Translations under genes and position numbers: made by a program | Part shown: positions 14,801 to 28,600 of the stretch, piece after piece | Layout of the letters: the number at the start of each line of letters is the position of its first letter | How positions within the stretch are numbered: position 1 is the first letter of the stretch | Notes under the pieces: model-generated | Database searches by the model: none | Told to the model about the DNA's origin: nothing | Seen by the model: only the letters and a program-made list of their open reading frames with translations | From: Eledone cirrhosa | Lineage: Eukaryota | Assembly (NCBI GenBank): GCA_964016885.1 | Contig: OZ024750.1 | Coordinates: forward strand, 22,878,001 to 22,942,000 | DNA length: 64,000 bases | Reading direction: 5' to 3'

Positions 14801-16632
14801 CTCAATTTTTTGTCATCTTCTTTCATATTATTTATCATTTCAGATAAATTTACAAACTGGTTCTCCTGTACCGGAATCTAACCCAACTATATCAGTAAGT
14901 GAATTAAATAAATATCCAGTCACGTTCATATTTATCTTGTATCCTCTCTGTTGTTAGAACATTCAGTTCAATATTGTAAGGTTGTGAGTTTCATTCCTAG
15001 ACTGAGTGGCACGTGGTATCCTTGAGCAAGACACTTTATTCCCATGTTGCTCCAGTCTACTCATCTTGCAAAAATGTGTTGTAGCTGTAATTCAAAGATG
15101 TCAGCCTTGTCACACATTGTGTCATGCTGATTCTCCCTGAGAACTATGTTAAATGTGCATGTGTTTGTGGAATGCTCAGCCATTTACATGTTAATTTCAT
15201 GAGCAGGCAGTTCTGTTGATTGAATCAACTGGAGTACATGTCCTTGGAAACCACAGAAGTCCAACAACAACAACAACAACAACAACATCTCTCCGTGAAA
15301 TTAAGGCCCACTAGAGCTATTACATAAGCTTGGGATGAGAATTGAATCAGCTTGTGGGTTTGTTGTTATTTAACAGTTCATAAGCATTTGTCCCCCCCTC
15401 CTTCCTAAACCACTGGTAATAATAGGTAAGGCTACTTATTAAAATATTAAAAAGAAAACTTGTATCTGATACAGTTTATTTACATAATGTTACATAAGTG
15501 TTTTAAGGTCATTTTCTTTGTTAAAATAGGGGTTAGTTGGCATGAATACTTGCAATAGAATGTTGTTAAACTGGGTGATGAAGTATAGTAATAGCCTTTT
15601 AAATCTTTTGAATAATTTTGTTTTGAAATTTGTTAAAATAATAATAATGAAATTATTGTGTATAGTGTTCAGCTGCACTACAACTCATCAAAGGTGCATG
15701 TATAGTACATAGAATAATGTACAAATGTCAGGAAAATGAACAGTGTACGAGTCATGAAATATATGTGTGCGTGTGTATGTATGGAGGGGGGGGGGGACAT
15801 CAGGTGTAGTGTTGGCGAATCTCAGGAAGCATGGAGGTGTTAAAGGATGCAGTGTCTCGACAGCTAACAACTGATGCAGGTAGTTTGTTCCATGCTTCAG
15901 TAACTCTGAGCGTGAAAAAATGTTTCTGAAAGTCATGGGAGCTGTGCTGTTTTCTGACTTTGTAGGCATATCCATGTGTGTTAGACACAAGGGAATCAAA
16001 AAGGTGCTCAGGGTTGTTGTTGGCAAGATGGTTAATAATTTTGTGGGTGTTTACCAAGTTAGTTGCCAGACGTCAGAGCTTCAATGTATCCATGCCCAGG
16101 GAAGCAAGGCGTTCTAATACTAGATTCTTTTCCCATACGATGATGCATATGTGTATATGTGTGTGCCTGTGTGCATGTGCATATGCATACATTCATATGT
16201 ATGAGTATATAAATATAAACGCACAAATGCAGACACACTTACAAAATTATATACTCGCACATTCGCACAAACACACATACATTCACACAAACACCTACAT
16301 TTACACAAACATACATGTACACTCACACACAGCGTAGTTTGTTCACCATCCTCTTTCTTCCTTTTACACACATACATTCACGCAGACAGCAGACGTAAAA
16401 AGAGAGGAGTAGTATGAGGTAGTCAAACTACTCCTCTCTCTTTAGGTGTTGTGACAGAATTGCAGAAATTTATATATAGATATAAAAATGTTTCTGTTTT
16501 ATTTAACAGGGTTAATAGCTTAATGTCTCTTTCTACCTCAGGTACAGTTCTCCATTAGTCAATGGGCCATATCAGGTGTAAAAGTAAACAGACTTGATAT
16601 GTATGGAGAGGTAAGAGTCTTCGTTTATTATG

Positions 16633-16687
<55 letters not shown>

Positions 16688-19600
16688 TAAGTGGAATAAA
16701 TTTACAATTTAGTTGTTGTTATATCAGGATATAGTAATGAAATTAATTAATGTTTTTAGTAATTGTCTCTTGTGTTATAATAACACCCCACATATATATG
16801 ATAATTATAAGCTATCAATAAATCATCACCATCATTGTCATTATTCATCATCATCATTATCCATCATCATCATCATTATCTCTACCATCACATTCATTGT
16901 TGTCACCACCACCAATGGACTTTATCTTTTTGTGTTTTTATTCCATTTCAATCCCAGTATACTGTGATAATCTTTTAATCTTCTACAGTCTTCAATAGTT
17001 GGAATGTGGTCATGCTGGAGCAATGCCTTTAACGTTTTTTTCTTTTTCTTAGTCAATCATTTCAAACTTGGTATTTATTTTGTCATGTTCTGTTTACCCA
17101 GTGTTTTGCCATTTTAGCATAGAGAGATGATTTGCACTGGTACACACATGCACACATACTTGCACATACACATGTACAAACAGATAAACAAACATAGTTC
17201 CCAGCAACCAAATTGCTATGGTCAGCCTATGGCTAGAGTAGAAGATACTTGCCCTATGTGCCACAGAGTTGAACTAAACCAAAGACCATGTGCTTACAAG
17301 GCAAACAACGTACCCACATGGACATGTTTGCTCTTATATCATTTCTCTATATACATCTATATATTTCTATATAATTGAATGTGTCTATAATACAATATAT
17401 ATATATATTTATTATAAGAACAGATGAATGTTTAAGCAAAGAATCGCTGCTTTCACCCTTAATGTTAAGGGTGAAAGCAACGATTCTTTGCTTAAACTTT
17501 AATCTGTTCTTATAATAAATGCTTGCTCTCTGGGTTTATATATATATTATATATATAATCCTTATCGAGCCCTCTTCAGATTTTGGTCTTCACATTTATT
17601 ATTACTATATATATATATATCAGAATGGATACAGAAAAACCAGTTAGATGATTACTCACCAGAGTACTCGATACTAAGGGTAGTAGAGTGGGTAATATGA
17701 AAAATCCAGGACCCCGATCTAGCTGTTAAAACGGCAGGAGCTCAGCCATCGGGGTCCTGAATTTTCTGAATTTTTCATATATATATATATATATCAATAA
17801 ATAAAGTCTGTGGTGCTGAGACCAAGGAGACCACTAATTATGTGAGAATTCTGACCAGTTTAAATGCTAAAGGGCTAATGTTGCAAATTTTCACAAAGAT
17901 CTGTCCACTAATAAAGATACTGTAAATATTTGAATTAACAAACCTGTTTTTAGACATTTACTGCAAAATCATTACAGGATGTTAAGAGATAATAAAATAA
18001 CTTAGTATTATTAAGCTGATGTTGGGAACATAAAATATTCTCATGCAAAATTATACTAGAAGGTTTTAATTTAAATATGAATATTTAAAAAATGATAGCT
18101 TGTGTATCTTTAGCCCAAAGGTGGCTTAGTATAAAAAAGTTTCCTACTTTCTTATTATAGTCATCCTTCTATGTCCTCTTTTCATGCTGGCATGGGTTGG
18201 ATGGGTTTTCATTGACTGAGACTAGACAAGTTGGAGAGACCTCATCTTGCTCATATGTACTATATTTGGCATGGTTTCTATGGCTGGATGCTCTTCATAA
18301 TGCCAACCCGTTTCCAGATTGTTCTGAGTTCATTTTATAAGATCACCACTACTACCACTTTACAGAATGTAATGGGTGCATTTTATTATGGAACCAGCAC
18401 TAACACTTTACACAATGTACAAGATGCATTTTATTGTGGGAGGAGAGCCCTCTCTATCTTATATTGCCTCCATCCGATCATCAACTACTAATTTACATTT
18501 TAATTGATGCTTTTAATGAAAACTATTTAATTCATGTTTTCTCCCCAATTTTCATTTCTCTGCATTCTTTTGCAATCACATGATTACAGGTAAGATACAT
18601 TGAATATAAATATTCTTGTTGAATAAGTTAATATTTACAAAATGAAGCACAAAAAACACAAAACAACTTCTATTCTAATTCCATAAAAGAAAGCACTTTT
18701 TTTTACCAATATTTGTTAATAATTCAATAGTGTATGTTGTTGTTGTTATTGTTGTTGTTGTTGTTAGCATCATTTTAACTTTTAATCTCCTGTACTGCAT
18801 GAAACAATATTAACAAGACATTCAAAACAGCACTATAACTGCATCACATTAAAGATTAAAATTGCAACTATAATACTTAACATTTTCACAATGATCTGGC
18901 CACTAGTAAAGATACTATAAGCATTTGAATTAATAACCTACATGAAACCATTCTTGACAAGTGCGAAATAGCACAATGATTGCATAACTTTAGAAACTAA
19001 AGTCTTTAGTCTAATACTAGAACTTTTCACAATGATCTATAAACATAAAATACTAGTAAAATACTATAAACATTTGAATTAACAAACCACATGAAATCAC
19101 ATTAGAAAAATTTCTTTGAAAGTATAAAATAATACTATGACTACATCACATTAAAAATTAAAGTTTTTACTCTAATGCTACACATTTTTACAAAGATCTA
19201 GCCACATTGTATTCTTGAAAAGTACAAAACAGCAGCACTATGACTATCACATGAAAAATATAAGTCTTTACACTAATACTTCAAATGTTCACAATGATCT
19301 GTCCTGTAGTAGAGAAACTATAAACATTTGAATTAACAAAACCATTTTTAGATATTTTTTGCTGAATCATTACAGTCTGTTAAAAGTCTTTGCTCTAATA
19401 CTGCAAATTTTATCAATGATGTGACCACAAGTAAAGATACCATAAAAATTTGAATCCATGAACATGTTTTTAGACATTTTCTGCTAAATCGTTACAGGAT
19501 GTTAAGAGTTAATAGTTCAAACCAGCCATGTACCAGTCTGTCTTCTGTTTTCTCTCTTCTGTTATTTGCCAGACACTGTATTATATAACCACAAGTATTC

Positions 19601-22600
19601 TATTATTGGTTTCAGCCACAATTTATGTATGTACGTATGTATTTATATAAATATTGTCCTTTTTTAAACTCAAAAAAATCTGGTGCTGGAATTTTTTCTA
19701 CCCATTTTACTTTTCGAAATATTTTTTTCTTTTTCTACAGTTTGAAAACATGTTTGTTTTTCTCTGGCACATTTTGATGTAGTTGTGATGTCTAGTTTTC
19801 TTGCATGGTTTGTGTTTTCTTATAAACTGGTCACAGATCAGCTTCAGTTGCTTGTCAGTCCTTCTATTTCTCTCTTATATGTCTGTCTACTCACTGAATC
19901 CCCAGACAAGACAGGACACTCTTCTTGTTTTCATTTCTATTTATGTTACAGTGGTATCTTTATTCTGGCTATATCCTACCATTAACCCTTTCGTGACCAT
20001 ATTTTTAATACAGTGTATTTCAATAAATTAATGAAGAATTTGGAGGGATTTACTGAAATTAATTATTTCATTATTGAAATGGTATTTGTAACATAATTTA
20101 ACAAATGACTTTTATATAAAATTATGCTGGAAAGTTTTCATTTAACTAGGAATCTTTTTAAAACAAGTAGTTTTCTTTCATAGAATGAATGGTGGTTTTG
20201 AGCATGTTAGTATCAGAAGGGTTAATGAAGAATATGGAGGGATTTACTAAAATTATTTATTATTTCATTATTGAGGTGGTATAACCTAACTTAACAAGTG
20301 GTTCTTATATAAAATTGTGTGGAAAGTTTTAATTTAAATAGAAACCCTTTAAAATGAGTGATTTTGTTTCATAGAACAAAAGGTGATTTTGGTTGGGCTG
20401 GTATCAAAAGGGTTAAATATATATACACACCATATTCGCATGCTTCTTTTCTTTCAGTTGTAGTTTGTCTTTTTCTCCTTATTCTTTCTCCAAATATATG
20501 ATTTCAATTCACTGTTTTCAAACATCACCATTTAGCTAATAGTACAATTGAATTGTTTTTTACTGTGTGGTATATATCTAGAATAGAAACTTTTCTTATT
20601 CAACCATTGAAAAAAATTGACTATTTTATTGTACTTTTCTCTCACAATATTTCAATGCAAATTATTAACCTTTTTATGATCATATTTCTAATGAAATACA
20701 CTGTTTATGTATTTCAATTAGTTTTAAAAAATATTCTGGAATTTTAAAAAGTTTAATAAAATATGCCCTTTTGTAATGATATTTCTAATGAAATATACTA
20801 TAATTAATTAATTAATGAAACATTTTGAGGGATTTATTAAAATTATTATTTTAAGTAATTTAATATATGGTTCTTATATAATATTATGCTGGAAGATCTT
20901 AATTTAGTAGGAACCTTTCAAAATGTGTGGTTTTGTTTCATAGAATCAGAGCCAGTTTTGACTAAGTTGAAAATGAAAGGGTTAAATCTAATTTATTAAC
21001 CCCTTCATGATCATATTTTTAAAGAAATGCAATGCCCGTATAGTTCAATTAATTTTTTTTAAATAGTCAGGAATTTAGAAGGGTTTTGATAAATTAGATA
21101 TGCTTTCCACTTTTGTTACCATATTTCTGATGAAAGACACGGCCTATGATTTTTAAATAATTTTGAAAATAACAAAGAATTTGGAAATATTTAGTAAAAT
21201 AATTAACTTTCCCCTTATTACGCTGGTGTTTGGAACATACCTTATCAAAGGTTCTTACATAAAATCGTGAAGGACGGTTTATAGATAAATATAAACACTT
21301 TAAAATCATTTTGTGTTGTAGAACCAGGCAGTGTACCATCAGAAATGTTTAGCTGTTGTTTAGAACATAACTTAACAGAAAGTTCTAATGCATGATTTTG
21401 AGAGCAGGTTTACATTTCAATAAAGTACTTCAAAATGGTCAGTTTTGTATGATAAAACTAGGGGATGGTCTCAGGTGGGTTGGTATCAAAAGGGTTAAAT
21501 GAATTCACCATCTTTTATTCCACTCTCCTCTGGTATTTGTTATATGAGAAATTTTGTAAAATGTCCACATTAAGACAGTTCTGCTGAAAAAATTAAATTA
21601 AATTAAATTTACAGCTCACACCTATGCAGGTTTAGCTAACCTATTAAGAGTTTGTGTCTCATAGGAGGCTTCCTTGGTGTTTTAATGATAGGGGGCTCCA
21701 GTCATATCATGAAAAAGTAACATGGAATAAAGCCTGTTTGAAGAAAACAACATGATGCTCAGTCCTGGAATGAAACCCATAACATTATGATCATAAGTCC
21801 AACACCCTAACTAGTAAGCCACACTACTATAAGCAGGTTTTGTATATCTAAATTGAAGATGAAAGAATAGGTTGGTCTTAAAGATGGAGATGATATACTT
21901 GTAGTAGTTGTTAGTTTTTTAATTTTTATTACGGCTTAGTCAAAGGAGGAAGGGCATTACCTAGGATCTCTCTGTAGGTTTTTCAAAGCTGAAAAAGGAG
22001 GAAGATGTTATCTTCAAATTAGGAAAGAAAAAGGAAAGGAGCCAATTGTTAGATTGGATCAAGGAAATCATTTTTCCAGTGGTCTTTCTATTCTTTACAC
22101 TCACTGCTAGTCACTATTCCTGGCAGTAGGAGGTGGGATTTGAACATAGAACACACAGAACCAGATAAGTTACTACAAAGCATCCTATCCAAATTTTTAA
22201 CAGTTCACCAATCTACTACTCCTAGATAGTTCTATATTTGTTCAATCCCAAAAGGATGAAAGATGACTTCAGAGGGATTTCAACTCAGAACACACATTAG
22301 TAGCTTTGCCAATTCACTGGTTCAAATGTTTGCAACAGAATGATGATGGTGTTGTTGTTGATGATGATGTACTTCACTTTGTACTTGTGATGGCATTCAC
22401 AAAGGATGGGTTGAGGTGACTCTAACCAATGAATCCACATAGTTGTGAACAGAGGATGTTCATGCATGGCAAACACAATTGTCTGACTTAGATATTGTTG
22501 GCTAATTACGATTCCAACTGTGAACACCATATATGTAAAGATCAGGTATTAGCTCAAGGTTCAACTTGATCATGTTCATCCACATTTTTAGATGAGAGTG

Positions 22601-25600
22601 CACATTGTAGGGCTAGCCAAGGTCACTAAATACCCAGGCACCAACTCTAGCTGATAGACTTAATTCATCATTCACTTTTGAATTTTTTTATTTGTAGTTC
22701 AATCTATTATAAGTATTTAGACAAGAATCTTCTAATCTGAGGATAACTCTTCAGACATTGGTTCTTTTACTTCATTTTCCTCTTTCAGTCTCTGAAGCCT
22801 TGCAAAAGATTATGAACTCTGCCCCTCTTCCTCTGTCGAAAAGAAAAGAAAAAAAAGATTAAATTTTCCTTTGATTAAACCTGATTCTTTTTTTTACCAT
22901 GTCTGAATAATACTGTATTTTTTGTGTATAATACGACCGTAGTATAATACGACTCCTGTTTCCAAAGCTGAAAATACAGCTCTGTAGTACAGCCATGCCA
23001 ATGTAAATTTGTACCATGTTGTCCATCAAAATCTCGATCTCACACATATTTCATTATAATATTCAGTTTATCATGAAAAACAGCTGCATGTTCATCATTT
23101 TGTGTATAAGTGGTTTTATCCTACTTCCAGTTTCAAAATAAGTTTTAGAATTTTCAGATAACATGCTAACTTGACATGATGCATTTGTAGTAGTTTTCTT
23201 TAAGGTGTTAATCAGGCTAATGTACCTTTCTGTTTGATATGACTTTATTATTCATTAAATGAGTATTTTTAAGCTCAGTAAAAATTTCTGAAAATGTGTA
23301 TTGAACAACCCTCTTTTTTTTGCCCTTAATTTTAGTTCAAAATTTCTCTTATTATACACAAAAATACAGTCCACTCGGAATATTTTCTCTTCTATGATTG
23401 TCTAATTATTATGTAAATAGATATTAGTTGACAAATTAGATATTCTATCTAGTCTGGTGTATGTGTTATTGTTTATATCAGTGCTAATACATTAATGAAG
23501 GCAAAGTTGATTGCTACTTTTTTTCCATTTTCCTTTTTTTTTTCTCGTGTGTTTTCTTTTTTCTTCTCTTCTCCCTCTCAAACATCCTTGTTTCACCCTG
23601 TCTCTATCTTCTGATGAAGGACTAGCATCTGAAACATTAAGAGTCTTTTTCAGCTCTATTAAGCATTATACTTATATATCAATATTATATTGTGCTCTTG
23701 TGTCATTAGGATGTCAGATTAAATGCATCAGTATTTTTCTCTGGTTCTTTGGGCTCTAGGTTCATATGTTGCTGTGGTTAACTTTATTTTTTATCCTTTC
23801 AAAGTCAATAAATAAATATCAGTATGAGAAGGGGATTGTTAGAACTGTTAAAAAGTCAAACAAGATTTGTTGCTGTATCTGATCTGGCTCTGTATGTTCT
23901 GAGTTTAAATCCAGGCTCCTTCTACCAGGAGTTGCAACCAACAGATATTATCAACAATAGAAAGATCAATGGAAACATTGTTTCCTTGGTCTGGTCTAAC
24001 TCTTTTCTCCTTTTCTTTTTTACTTTTTTTTTAACACCTCAACTGTATTGTTTTGTTTTTTTTTGTTATTTTTCCTATCATGTCAAATTTTTGTTCTGTG
24101 AGATACACTTAATACTTGCTGTAAATCAACACATGATTATGTTTGATTACAATAATAAAATAAATTTATGTTCTTATTTTGATAGATGGATGAATTAAAA
24201 CTTTCAGGGTTGTTCCTCTAACCCTTTTTAATGCCTTATTTCTAATGAAAGCTACTGCCTATGACTTTCAAATAATTTTGAAAGTAATCAAGAATTTAGA
24301 GGGATTTAATAACATTACAAATTCTCTCATTATCAAACTGGTGTTTGGAGCATAACTCAACAAAGGTTTTTACTTTACATAAAGTTATGATGGAAGGTTT
24401 TTAGATAAATATAAACACTTTAACCCTTTCATTTCCATATTTCTAATGAAATACAGTTTATGATTTTTAAATAATTTTGAAAATAATTCAGAATTCAGAG
24501 AGATTTAGTAAACTATCTAACTTTCTCATTACTAAGTTGTTGTTTGGAGTATAACTTAAAGGTTCTTACATAAAATTATAATAGAAGCTTTTAAGATAAA
24601 TTTAAACATTTTAGAATAACTACTTTTGTATCATAGAGCTAGGGGCAGTTTGGAACTTAAAGGTTCTTATATAAAATTATACTGAAAACCTTTTATATAA
24701 ATTTAAACATTTTAACCCTTTTGATACCAAACTGCCTGAAATTGTCCCTGTTTCTGTGATACAAAATGTTTTTAAAATATTTATTCTAAAAACCTTCCAT
24801 CATAATTCTATGTAAGAACTTTTAAGTTACGCCCAAACACCAGCTTAATAATAAGAAAGTTAGTTATATTGCTAAATCCCTCCAAATTCTTGATTATTTT
24901 CAAAATTATTTGAAAGCCGACTTCTTTCATTAGAAATATGGTATTGAAACGGTTAAAATATACAGTTTTTCTATCGTAGAACCAGGTAATAGCTTCAGGC
25001 AGTTTGGCAGAGTTAAATTATTCTTAAGCTGATGATTCATATATTGGCTTGTCTCTGCTTTCATTTGCTTCTTTGAAGCTGTATTACTACTTCTCTCTAG
25101 GCAGGGTGGTTGTTTTTGTTATAAAACTACATTTTTTTTACATCTGTGAACACATTGTTCCAGGATAAAACCCCCAAAATTGGCAACTTTCCATTGGCTG
25201 TGACTGGGGTAAGTTTTTTTTCTTCTGTTTTGTTTTTTTGTTTCTTTTCTTCTGGCTATGGCTAGATCTCTGAGGAGGCCTGTGTGTGTGTAGTCACTTT
25301 TCTATTACTTGGCACATTCTATTAGAATTCAGCACTTCTTCAGAATCCATTTGGTGAAGTGATGTACAGAATTATGTAATAGAATTAATATTCAATTATA
25401 CAGATATTAACTAGATAACTTGTTACAACTTCTGATCAAGGAAGGGAAAGTTTAGTCATGTTGGGTTCTACTGTTTGTGATTAACTTTTTTATCACTTAG
25501 TCAGGAAGAAGGACTATACTCATGGATCTTTTCAGGGTCTTCAAGACTCATGGGAGAGGGAAGGTATCCTCAAATTGGAGACCTAGCCTGATTACGTTTT

Positions 25601-28600
25601 TAACAGAGTTGACTCTGTTAAAGGTACCTAAATACCAGGTGATAGTGTTAACCCTTTCACCACCATATTTCTAATGAAACACACTGCCTGTATTTTTAAA
25701 ATAATTTTGAAAATAATCTGGAATTTGGAAATATTAAATAATGTAACTAACTTTTTCCTTAATAAACTCGTGCTTCAAACATAACCAACTAAACAAAACC
25801 CTCACCTAAAATTATGATGGAATGTTTTTAGATAATTATAAACACTATTGGCTGGCTGTAATCTGTATGTCCAGTTCTCTATCAGCTAACATATATTAGC
25901 AATCAACCAGAAACTAGCAATTAAAAGCACTGGTTAATGTTTCTTCTAATCAGAGATCCTAGAAACAAACTGTTGTGATAGCTATGGTTCCAGGACTTTG
26001 TTACACTATGTTGGCAATGACTGGGATTATTTTATATTTTCTTATTTAAATGCAGTCACATAGATTTGTGAACACTATTTATGAAAAGTAACATGTGTCT
26101 TATGTGTGGATCAAAAGTTATAAACTTAAAGGGCAGTATGACTTATCTGCCCCTGTGACATGTAGGCGAGTATGTATGTGAAGTGTTTTATGGATTGTTA
26201 AATAGTGCTGGAAGTCTAAGTGTAACTAAAACTAAATGTTTGAGTGATGTGCTTGCAATTCCTTTTATAATTCTTACCAACAATAAACAACTAATTTTTA
26301 CACTTATTTCACAATGCTTTTGCCTGGTCCTAACCAAGTCTGTTGATGCTTTCATCTCTGAACAAACAACTAACTACAGCCTTTACTCACAATTGAGTAT
26401 GACTTGGTAGTGTGTACCATGATTTCACTAGTAGTTTTAGGTGTCCATGTAGTTGTAAGCAGACACAAACAATCCCTTGACTCTTCCTCCCTTGATACAG
26501 CAGAACATTCAGGATGTGATAGTTGAAATGAGAGGAGGCTGTATACCAGCACAGGGCTGGTACATTTTTTTATCAGCCTTGAAAGGATGAAAGTTAAAGT
26601 TGACTTGAGCAGGATTTAAATTCAGAACAAATATCCAACACTCTAATGACTGCCAAATTGACCTTTTGAACAATGAAATCAACAAAACTGTTATAGAACT
26701 GGGATAACTGCAACATGGTGTTTTGTACTTTCCAAGAATGTCTTGGTAACCCTTTCATTACCCTATCTCTAATGAAATTCACTGCTTATGATTTTCAAAT
26801 CATTTGGATTAGCAATATATCTAACTTTCTCATTATTACATTGGTATTTGAAATATAATTTAACCCTTTAACATTTACATTACTCTATATTTACTATATT
26901 TTTCACAGTAAAGGCTTTATCTCACATAGTATCGAATCTATGAGATTTTGATATTATTTATGTTGAGAACAATACCTTAACATCAGTATGAGTGGCCGGC
27001 TACAGCGGTTTGAACAGAAAGTGGTGAGAGAATTCTGGCTGGATATGACTGGTTTAAATGTTAAAGGGTTAATGAATGTTCTTACCTAAAATGATGATGG
27101 TAGTACTTTAAAATATACAGTATTGTATTGAACAACTAGGGGCTGTTTCAGGTGGTTTGGTATCAAAAGGATTAATGTGGTCTCATGGGGTACATGATAT
27201 TAATAGTTATGAGAGAGTAGATGAGGAATTGTAAGGAATATTTTAGTGATATATTAAAGGTACATCATTATTACGTCAGCTTTCTGAAATGGCATTTGTC
27301 AATATTTTCAGCTGCTTCTCTCCTTTCTTACTGATAACTTATATCTTTGCACTCTCTTAGCACATTTCATCTTCCAGAAGCTTTTTTCTTTCTTTCCTTC
27401 TCTCTTCTTTCTCTCGTTTTCAATTTCTTCTTGTTTTTTCTAGAAGTTTCTTTGCTATTTTGATTTCTTTGCTTCTGAAATTTATCATTAATAATAATAA
27501 TAGTTATAAAGCATGGTGTCCGGTGCTCTACTGATACTGCCAATCCATTGCCCTACTACTACTTCTACTACTAATAGTTCAGAGTTGTACTTTTCTTTAC
27601 ACACACACACCTCACATGATGTCGAATCTGAGATTTTGATATTATTTATTTTGAGAACAATACCTTAACATCAGTATTAGGGGCTGGTTTAAATGCTAAA
27701 GGGTTAAAAGAAACAGTTTTATATTGTTAAAACTGAGTCAGCTTCAGGCAGTTTAGTATAAAATGTGTTAAGCTGGTGTTTTGAGCAAAACCTAACAATA
27801 GTTATAATTCTATGGAGTACCTATCCTCTCACTTACGAAAATGGTAAATAGACGAGGGACTTTCCCTCATGTCTATGTTGATAAACTATCCAACAAGGAT
27901 TCTTCATTACCATAGTTCTTTCATAAAATTATGATGGAAAGTTTTCAGATAAATAAAAACATTTAGAAACAAGCCGTCATGTATCATAGAACGACAGGCA
28001 GTTTCAGGCAGCTTGGCATCAAAAAGGTTAAGTAGAAGCTAGTATTTTATATCTGTTTCATAGTTTGTTGTGCTATTATTTCATAGTCTCTGTTCAAGAA
28101 ACTAATTTTCAGTACTTTGTAGTAATCACCACCATCAAAGAATTATATATCATTATCATCATCATTTCACATTTGTTTTCCATGCTGTTATGGGTTGGAC
28201 AAGTTGTCACAGTCTAACATTAGACTGGTCGGAGAACCATGTCTTGCTTCATAGTTGCAGATTTTGGCATGGTTTTTATGGCTGAATGCCCTTCCTAACA
28301 CAAACCACTTTATTTTTATTTTATCTCATCTCTCATTGAGATGTTTTATATTAACTTTAATATATTTTGATGATGCATATCACATGTCATATAACATATT
28401 ATTATGTAATGTCCCTTGTTAAGATATCCCAGTGATATGATGTACACACTGGCATCATGTAACATGTAATTGTGTGTGTGTATGAATAAAAACAAGTGTA
28501 AGTAAACAGGTTAAAATTAACTTTGTTTATTCATTTTCACTGTTATATATATATATCGGCGATAACCATTATGCAACAGCTATGACCTCATCAGACAGCT

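Noticed and set aside
27290-27475. Lys/Arg/Glu-rich exon-like stretch on the - strand
   Set aside because: Interrupted by stops with no recognisable family; probably a purine-rich transposon remnant.
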